IMG/VR virus record: IMGVR_UViG_3300035491_000281
Strand: one strand, 5' to 3'
Length of the DNA: 64,000 nucleotides
From: a virus
Lineage: Duplodnaviria > Caudoviricetes
Of the stretch, positions 57,035 to 64,000 are shown one piece after another (the stretch's first letter is position 1; each line of letters opens with the position of its first letter). A program made the translations under genes and the position numbers. The notes under the pieces were generated by a model. That model was not told where the DNA came from and made no database searches. It saw only the letters and a program-made list of their open reading frames with translations.

Positions 57035-57073
57035 CGACATAAGCCCTCCCCGTTTGGGGAGGGCGTTATGCCG
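57035..57073. terminator. Bidirectional hairpin between convergent genes
   Basis: CGACATAA-GCCCTCCCC/GGGGAGGGC-GTTATGCCG. Confidence 0.75.
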
Positions 57074-57091
57074 CCTATTTTTTTGTTCGGG

Positions 57092-58765
57092 TTAGACGCC
57101 CGAATCGCGGATAACCACCGGCAATGCCGAGATACCCAACTGCAGATCCGTGTCGTAGTTACGCGAGATCCACTGGATGTATACCAGTTCGCCGTGCTTC
57201 AGGTCGTTGTTGACAATCAGCTCATCGTTCCACTGATCCACCGTGTACTCGTAGGTGTTGTGCATGAACACCACCCGGAAGTGCGTCGGTGTCGGTGCGT
57301 AGGCTTCGACTTCCTCATTAACCAGCGGTTCGATCCGCTCGTAGAGTTTTTGCAGCCACAGCTCCTTACTCGGGAACTCATTACCGATTCGCAGACGCCA
57401 ATAGTTGGTGTTGACGTATTCGAGGTCGGCAAACGGACCGCGGCCGTAGCCTTCGACCTGGTCGGGTCGGAAGTAGATGATCCAGCTGGGGCGGGCATCA
57501 TCACCGCGGGTCATGAGCGCGATCTGGAAGGTCTGCACATGACGGTACGGAGCGAAACGACCGTCTACCCGGTTCAGGTCCAGCGCCACAGTCAGGGTCT
57601 GGGTGACCCCGTACTGGGTAGGATTGAACGGGTTGGAGTTGACTCCCATCTCGATGTACGGCGTGACGTTGTAGAACGCCTGCCGGTCGAGGTTGTACAG
57701 CCAGTACTCCAGACGGTACCCCGCCGTCGGGCTAATCCACACCGGGTAGATGTAGAGTTTGACCTCGTAGGCGCCGTCGGCGGTGGTGGTCTTGGCGGTG
57801 TAGTCCATGGTCAGGCGGCGATTGGCGGTCGGAGTAAGGTTATACGACACCTCATCCTCGGCCAGGTTGTACGCCAGCACCATCGGGAACTGTTGCCCCA
57901 CAATCGTGGCGATGTAGTTGCGCAGGCCGTACAGGCTGAACTTCCCACCGTCGATCGGCAAACGATGCTTGCTGCCATCGCTGTAATGCACCAACGCCGT
58001 CATGGGTAGAGACTCCACCGTGACGTTGATCGGGAACTCGATCGTTTGTGGATCGGCCGAGCTGACAAACGGTGAATCGATGGAGATGCTCTTGACGTAC
58101 TTACGCGAGGTGTCGGCTTGCCTGATCGCTTGGCTGTTCTTGACCAACAGCTGGGCAGTACTGACCACCCCACCCTCACTGTCATAGGCCACCAACGTCA
58201 CCAGTTCTCCGTCAGCGAGCTTTTCGCTGGTATAGGCGGCTACCGGTGCCTTGATGGTGTTCTGCACCACAGGCAGCCCCTGCGGGTCTGTCACGACGAC
58301 CGTCTCCACCGGCACTGAGGTGCCGAGGAAGTTCCCCGAGGGGTCGAAGAAGCTGGAGATCACACGGCCGAACTCTTCGCTGATATCCGAGCCCAGGAAC
58401 ACCTTGTAGCTATGCACCATGGAACCGTAGAACCGCAACCGCCGGTCCGGCGTGAAGGTGTGCGGGGTGACACTCTGATCGAGGAAGATCCGGTAGGACT
58501 CGGAGGAATATCCCGGACCTGTGCCGAGCAGCACATCCAGCTCCTCGTTTTCGTCATCTTGCTTTGGTGGTTGCCAGCGACTCAGTACTGAGAAGCCAGT
58601 GGTGTAATCCACCTCGTCGACGATCCAGAAGCCTTGCGCGGGATCGAACACCAGATCGCCAGGATTGGGGACCCATTTACCGGTACTCCCCACCGCCACG
58701 ATCTCACTGCGCTGCCACATCCGGAACCCCCGATCGGGGTCCCGGTAATTGGTAAGCGTACCCAT
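57092..58765 (-). CDS. Virion structural protein (phiKZ gp26-like, baseplate region)
   Basis: Synteny terL...structural trio...tail sheath as in phiKZ; recalled similarity. Confidence 0.7.
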   Translation of the reverse strand: MGTLTNYRDPDRGFRMWQRSEIVAVGSTGKWVPNPGDLVFDPAQGFWIVDEVDYTTGFSVLSRWQPPKQDDENEELDVLLGTGPGYSSESYRIFLDQSVTPHTFTPDRRLRFYGSMVHSYKVFLGSDISEEFGRVISSFFDPSGNFLGTSVPVETVVVTDPQGLPVVQNTIKAPVAAYTSEKLADGELVTLVAYDSEGGVVSTAQLLVKNSQAIRQADTSRKYVKSISIDSPFVSSADPQTIEFPINVTVESLPMTALVHYSDGSKHRLPIDGGKFSLYGLRNYIATIVGQQFPMVLAYNLAEDEVSYNLTPTANRRLTMDYTAKTTTADGAYEVKLYIYPVWISPTAGYRLEYWLYNLDRQAFYNVTPYIEMGVNSNPFNPTQYGVTQTLTVALDLNRVDGRFAPYRHVQTFQIALMTRGDDARPSWIIYFRPDQVEGYGRGPFADLEYVNTNYWRLRIGNEFPSKELWLQKLYERIEPLVNEEVEAYAPTPTHFRVVFMHNTYEYTVDQWNDELIVNNDLKHGELVYIQWISRNYDTDLQLGISALPVVIRDSGV

Positions 58766-58771
58766 TGTTAA

Positions 58772-61444
58772 TTACCTCTGCGAAACAACTTGAATGAAGG
58801 GAGCCAGGTCTGGCCGCTTGCGCAGGTAGACCGCCAATGCCCGAGCGAAGAAGGTGTACTGATACAGATCCAGTTCCACCGGTGTCCCAAACCAATGCGG
58901 CCACACCTGCACATGCACGTCATCGTAATCCTGATTGCAGATGTCGTACGGTAGCAACCACTCGTACGGCTTACACCACTGTCGGATCTCCACCTCGCCG
59001 TACTGATCTTCGATCCCCTCCGGATAGAAATGCCCTTCCCTGAGATCGTGTAGCAGTTTGTTGGCGAACACCGAGAACACATGGTACTGGGTCTCGATGA
59101 AGTTACCCTCGGTCCGCACACGCGGGGGGAAGTACTCGGTCATGTAGTCACTGACCTTACGGTCCCGTTCGTCATCCAGCTGGCGGGCTGCCCGATCCAC
59201 CGGATAGACTTCGCGGAACACCACCGGAGGCGTCTGAATGCAGTACGGGGCACCGTTGCGTTCGTCGGCAATGCGCAGGTCGTTGCGCTGCTCGTCAAAC
59301 ACCAGATCCGCCGGATCGCGGTAATGACCATCAACCACCACCCGCCGCACCTTGTGGGTGTGGATGTCGTAACGATGGTCGTTGGACAGGACGCCGTACT
59401 CAACAAACCCGAACTCACTCACCGGCAGCCGGCTGAAGTCGCTTTGACAGAAACCATAACCACGGTAAAGCACTTTCTGGGTACCTTCCACCAGATACTC
59501 CAGGTTGCTGATCACCACCTCCGGCCACTGCACCTGGTAATCCAGTCCCTCGATCAACGGTCGGCCGTTGAGGTAAAGGTCGAGTTGACCGAAGGGGATA
59601 TCCAGGCGCTTCTCGTACTCACCGTCCGGGTGCTGCTCGATCGACGTAATGTTAAACCGTAGATGGCCGGCAGTGCGCGCCAGGTTGAGTTCCCGACACA
59701 GGAAAGTGTCATCGATACGGACAGCACCATACTGCGTTTGCGGATCGAGGGTCCACACCCAACGATGGGTTTCCCCCAGGTCGTCGATATACCCGAATTG
59801 ACTGCGGTCGACCGCCTCGGTGACGTCACGCCAGTTGCCGGTAACTTCTCCGCGCCAGACTTCACTGACGTACAGGCGGTAGTTGTAACCCGCCGGCAGC
59901 GTCACCGCCGTCGTACCGAAGACCGTGTTGAGGCGCTCGCCTCCGGTACCGGTTAGGGTCTCGACTTTTGCCGTCAGGGTATTACGCACCTGGTAATGCC
60001 GACCATGGTCGTGTAAATGCCACTCCAACAACACCCCGCGCGCATCGTACTCGAAGCAGGTGGCGTTTTGCCAATGCTCGTAGGCCAGATCGGCATACCG
60101 CAACCCATCTTTGCTGTATGCAGTCGATGGGGTGTCGGCCATCACTTTGGCCGCGGCGTGGTAGCCGAAGACGTCCCCCACAAACTCCTGGGCGGTTTGC
60201 TTGGCGGGGCTGTTCGCATCCGGTCGGTTGAACGTGATCGGGTGGACAAACGCCGGGTCGGCCGACATGAAGCGTACGTACGGACAGCGTTCCAAGTTCT
60301 CCGCCCGCCACAGATCCATACTCGAATCGATACCAGTCATAGCCCGCACAATACGGTCACTACTTAACCGGTACAACTCTTGAATCCGGTGTGAGTCTGC
60401 CACCAACGGCCGGCGGTAGCCGGACTCGCGAATGAACACCCGCAACTGCAACCCACTGAGGCTGGTCCAGTCGTCCTTCGGCCACCGACGCGGATCGATC
60501 TTGTGTCGATAGTCAGGCTGGTGTGTGCGAACAAACCCAGTCAGGCGTTCGACTGGGATGCTGTAGTCCTTGTGGGTCAACATCCGCAACCAGTCGCCCT
60601 CGTTGTGGTGGTAGTAGACCCCCATGAACCGTCCCGATACCCCCGGATGAATCAGATACACATCGACATCGTCCAGATACTCGATGGTGTCCACACTGGG
60701 GTCGTCGTAGTGCAGGATATACTTGCGTCCTGCATCCAGGGTGGAGATGAAGCTCGGCAGCTCGTCAATATTGAAATCCACCACCCGCTTGATCGAACCA
60801 TCGAGTACATACTCGACGACGTCCCCCACCATGGCGGTGGCAAGCGAGATGTTGCTGACGAAACGTCCGTTCACGTAGTAGTACGGAAACCCTCCTTCCT
60901 GTTCGACCAAGGCCACCAGGTCGCGTTGGAAAGTCAGCAGTTGATTTTCATCGACCACGGTGATACCACCCACCTGAATAAACCGCCGCCCTTCAGAGCG
61001 CGCACTCTGATAGAAGGCGTTGCTGTAGACCCGCAGGTACAGATCGGTGTCTTCCAGATCGTGAATCCGCTCGTTGATCTTCACCGCCACCACCAGGTTC
61101 TTACCGGGGGTAATCCAGATGTAGCTGGCATGGCGGGGGAACTGCACGCCGTTGGTGACGTACAGGTCGCTGAACAGCTGGTGGTCGTTGGCCAGCTCTG
61201 CCAGACTCAGCCAGCGGCGCAGTTGCTGTGGTAACCCCAACCGCTTGGGAATGACCTGACCAATTTGGTAGACGTGGTAATAGTCGGTGGTGCTGGGGAG
61301 CACCACCTTTTCGTAGAACAGATTGATGGTGCGGCGCACGCCATAACGCGGCGTGAGGCGGGCCAGGCGATAGACGAACTGGCGGTCCTGAGCCGGATTA
61401 CACCAAACATTCGCGATCGCATGCCGCAGCAGGTACTCGTTCAT
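58772..61444 (-). CDS. Virion structural protein (phiKZ gp27-like)
   Basis: 890 aa; NVWCNPAQDRQ N-terminus typical of the family; synteny. Confidence 0.75.
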   Translation of the reverse strand: MNEYLLRHAIANVWCNPAQDRQFVYRLARLTPRYGVRRTINLFYEKVVLPSTTDYYHVYQIGQVIPKRLGLPQQLRRWLSLAELANDHQLFSDLYVTNGVQFPRHASYIWITPGKNLVVAVKINERIHDLEDTDLYLRVYSNAFYQSARSEGRRFIQVGGITVVDENQLLTFQRDLVALVEQEGGFPYYYVNGRFVSNISLATAMVGDVVEYVLDGSIKRVVDFNIDELPSFISTLDAGRKYILHYDDPSVDTIEYLDDVDVYLIHPGVSGRFMGVYYHHNEGDWLRMLTHKDYSIPVERLTGFVRTHQPDYRHKIDPRRWPKDDWTSLSGLQLRVFIRESGYRRPLVADSHRIQELYRLSSDRIVRAMTGIDSSMDLWRAENLERCPYVRFMSADPAFVHPITFNRPDANSPAKQTAQEFVGDVFGYHAAAKVMADTPSTAYSKDGLRYADLAYEHWQNATCFEYDARGVLLEWHLHDHGRHYQVRNTLTAKVETLTGTGGERLNTVFGTTAVTLPAGYNYRLYVSEVWRGEVTGNWRDVTEAVDRSQFGYIDDLGETHRWVWTLDPQTQYGAVRIDDTFLCRELNLARTAGHLRFNITSIEQHPDGEYEKRLDIPFGQLDLYLNGRPLIEGLDYQVQWPEVVISNLEYLVEGTQKVLYRGYGFCQSDFSRLPVSEFGFVEYGVLSNDHRYDIHTHKVRRVVVDGHYRDPADLVFDEQRNDLRIADERNGAPYCIQTPPVVFREVYPVDRAARQLDDERDRKVSDYMTEYFPPRVRTEGNFIETQYHVFSVFANKLLHDLREGHFYPEGIEDQYGEVEIRQWCKPYEWLLPYDICNQDYDDVHVQVWPHWFGTPVELDLYQYTFFARALAVYLRKRPDLAPFIQVVSQR

Positions 61445-61456
61445 AAAGCGCCTCGT

Positions 61457-62380
61457 TTAAACAAAGCGGCTGCTGACGTGGCGAAATACCAGATCAACGA
61501 ACTGCTTAAGCTCCTGTTGACGACCCGTGGTCTCCGCCCGCCGTGACAACACCGCCTTACGGTAGGACTTCTCGCCGAGTGCGGCATAGGTCATGGCGAT
61601 GAATGTGGGTAGGTGTTCCAGGGCCACCCCGCAGTTTTCGCGGGCGTTAACGCCGACCCAGCTGGGGGCGATGATGGTGAACAGATCCGCAAACTTCAGT
61701 TCACTCAACCGGATTGTTCCGGCATGTTGACTGATCTGGCTGGCCAGGGCTTTGGCATCAGTCAAGTCGCCCAACTGGTCGGCCAGTTCCAGTACGGTCG
61801 GTACGGGTACGGCCGTCACCCGTCCAACCTGTTGTGCCAGACGCTGGCGGTCATCGGTACTGAGGGTGCGGTCCGACTGCAGCTGGGTGTAATAGTAGTA
61901 GGCGACCACAATCGACACCCGCAACTGAGCATCCAAATGCAGGTTGAAACGCTGTGCCAGGGCCAGGGTAATCCAGCGCACAAAGGTTTTCGCCGGAATA
62001 TCCCCGAGGCGATAGAACGCCTCTGGTTGTTCAGCGGCGAGGGCAGTCAGCGCCAGACGCGTGCATTGAAAACTGAAATCGTTTTCGGCTGTCAGACGGT
62101 ATGAGTCTGTACGGTATTCCCACCGCATGTACGGACGGCCGTCCAACACCCATTTGGAGGCATTGGGCTTTCCGATATTCACCAGTTGAGTAAAGCCGGG
62201 GACGTCGGTGTATTCGTCTTTCGGGGGAATATAGAAGGCTTGCTGGATCGTGTTGCCCATGGGTGTGGTCAGCACAGGCAGTGGCGCCTCGATGTCCGCA
62301 CGGAGCAACGCGTTAGTCAGCCGCTCTGTTTGGTTTTGGTAAGTCTGGCAAATGGTAGTAGCGTAAGGCGAAACAAGCAT
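61457..62380 (-). CDS. Virion structural protein (phiKZ gp28-like)
   Basis: Synteny; divergent from tail sheath. Confidence 0.7.
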   Translation of the reverse strand: MLVSPYATTICQTYQNQTERLTNALLRADIEAPLPVLTTPMGNTIQQAFYIPPKDEYTDVPGFTQLVNIGKPNASKWVLDGRPYMRWEYRTDSYRLTAENDFSFQCTRLALTALAAEQPEAFYRLGDIPAKTFVRWITLALAQRFNLHLDAQLRVSIVVAYYYYTQLQSDRTLSTDDRQRLAQQVGRVTAVPVPTVLELADQLGDLTDAKALASQISQHAGTIRLSELKFADLFTIIAPSWVGVNARENCGVALEHLPTFIAMTYAALGEKSYRKAVLSRRAETTGRQQELKQFVDLVFRHVSSRFV

Positions 62381-62522
62381 GGCTGGACTCCACTATCGAT
62401 GTGTAAAAATAACTGAGTTCACTTCTATGGTCCAGATATTGGCTTAATATCTATGGATTGACTCAAGTTAATGCTCATAACATCGGTCGTAACGCTCCCA
62501 CCTCATATACGGAGAGAGAATC

Positions 62523-64000
62523 ATGTCAACCTTTAACAATGCCGCCCCGAAGTTCGTCTTCGGCGGCATCAACGACCAGTCTCGTCGTGCATTGGTGCGC
62601 GAGCCTGAAACGTACCCGCAACACATGCCGCTGGTGCGCCTGTTCACCGAGACCGGGCCGGAAGAAACCACCCTGGTCGATGGTTCCACGTTCAACAGCA
62701 TCTTCGGTCAGCAGACCCTGGCCCGCCGTGGTAAGTTCTTCAACCTGCAGTCGCTGCTCACCGAAACCGTGCTGCTCGCGGAAGGTAACAGCTTTTTCGT
62801 CAAGCGCCTGCGTCCCGAAGATGCGCCCGATCCGGCCCGCATCATCGTTGCGATCGATATCGTTGCTGACAGCATTCCGAAAGTCACCTCGACCCTGTCG
62901 GGCTTCGACTACCCGGAACTGGTCGACGAAACAGTTGTGGTTGCCGCCGACGGCACCGTTGAGACCGTCTCTGGTCTGCGCGGTAAGATCGTCCTGATCA
63001 AGGACAACACCACCCAGATCGGCCAGCAGAAAGTTATGCCCGGTAGCTTCGTTGCTGAAAGCGACGGCACGCAGTCGGTGATCTATCCGCTGTTCGAACT
63101 GCCGGCCAGCTTCTTCGGTGAAGGCGGCAACCTGCTCGGTATGCGTCTGTGGGCGCCGGTGGTGCAGGACAACGTTCCGTTCGACGAGAAGACCGCCGAC
63201 GCCTTCAAGACCCGCATGTACCGCGCACAGTTTATGCGCCGCGATTCGGTGGGTTCGACCCCGGTAGTAGTGCGCACCTCGCAGGGTGAGGACTACGTGG
63301 ACCTCTGCTTCACGCCGGGCGCTTACAGCGAGTCGACCGACAAGGAATACTACGCCGGTCAGGTACTGGTGCAGGCGTACGAAGACGATGGCATCGACAG
63401 CGGTAGTGCACCGCTCTACTCGCCGTTCTCTGAGATCCACATCTACCAAGAGAACATCGACACCGTTCAGCAGATGATCTACGACGCTGAACTGGCGGTC
63501 AATCCGTCGGCCGTCACCCATCTGCAGGGTCCGGGTCAGGTTGACCTGTTCACCGGTATCGACATCGACGGCGATCGCCTGCAGGCTCTGGTTCTGGAAG
63601 GTCCGCTTAAGGGTGGTATCCAGCTCGGAAAAGAAACCACCATCTATGCCTCCGGTGGCGGTGATGGTACCACCAGCCTGGAAATGTACGAGACGCTGGT
63701 CAACCGCGAGAACCGTAACTTCGGCGAACTGGGTGACGAGTACGACAACGTTCCGGTCTACCCGTTCTCGGTCGTCTACGACACCGGCCTGTCGATGGAA
63801 GGTAAGTACACCATGATGAACATTCTGGCCAAGCGTCAGGATATGCGTTGTGTGTTCACCACCTACGTCGAAGCCGAAGGTCGCATGCCGACCCGTTCCG
63901 AAGAACTGTCCCGTGCCCAGGCACTGATGGCCCGTCTGCGCGCCTACCCGGAATCGACCCTGTCCTCGACGCCGGTGTGTCGTGCCGAGATCATCCAGCA
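62523..64000 (+). CDS. Tail sheath protein (phiKZ gp29-like), runs off the window end
   Basis: Manual translation MSTFNNAAPKFVFGGINDQSRR...PQHMPLVRLFTETGP...FGQQTL; RBS GGAGAG; missing from the ORF track because no stop lies in the window. Confidence 0.88.
   Translation, partial: MSTFNNAAPKFVFGGINDQSRRALVREPETYPQHMPLVRLFTETGPEETTLVDGSTFNSIFGQQTLARRGKFFNLQSLLTETVLLAEGNSFFVKRLRPEDAPDPARIIVAIDIVADSIPKVTSTLSGFDYPELVDETVVVAADGTVETVSGLRGKIVLIKDNTTQIGQQKVMPGSFVAESDGTQSVIYPLFELPASFFGEGGNLLGMRLWAPVVQDNVPFDEKTADAFKTRMYRAQFMRRDSVGSTPVVVRTSQGEDYVDLCFTPGAYSESTDKEYYAGQVLVQAYEDDGIDSGSAPLYSPFSEIHIYQENIDTVQQMIYDAELAVNPSAVTHLQGPGQVDLFTGIDIDGDRLQALVLEGPLKGGIQLGKETTIYASGGGDGTTSLEMYETLVNRENRNFGELGDEYDNVPVYPFSVVYDTGLSMEGKYTMMNILAKRQDMRCVFTTYVEAEGRMPTRSEELSRAQALMARLRAYPESTLSSTPVCRAEIIQ

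Noticed and set aside
1-64000. CRISPR array, integrase, transposase, rRNA
   Set aside because: No regularly spaced direct repeats or diagnostic motifs seen; the recurring hairpins are isolated and differ in their stems

Overview
A 64-kb internal segment of a GC-rich phiKZ-like jumbo phage genome (likely Chimalliviridae-type). The host is probably a Pseudomonas-like proteobacterium, judged from host-like thyA and dcd; this is inferred from remembered family sequences, no searches were run. Core genes: large terminase, three virion/baseplate-type proteins, start of the tail sheath gene, an SF2 helicase and a dNTP-supply set (tmk, dcd, thyA split by a 280-nt ORF-less group I intron, folA, class Ia nrdAB). 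Between them are + strand accessory operons with a recurring early-promoter-like motif (CTA[T/C]AT[C/A]AC) and GC hairpins carrying a conserved TATGCCG tail. The most unusual observations are: (1) a nitric oxide dismutase (Nod)-clade qNOR-like gene, damaged by two deletions, about 1 kb from the O2-dependent, NO-sensitive nrdB; (2) six dispersed proteins ending in the same C-terminal motif, [KQE]INS-stop; (3) four intergenic structured-RNA candidates, one a tRNA-like cloverleaf with a 48-nt anticodon loop inside a ~500-nt structured cluster; (4) a GH5 cellulase-like enzyme; (5) several candidate immune-signal sponges (a clear Tad1, two Tad2-like domains, a possible Acb4-like protein), an ADP-ribosyltransferase-fold protein and an SspB adaptor.
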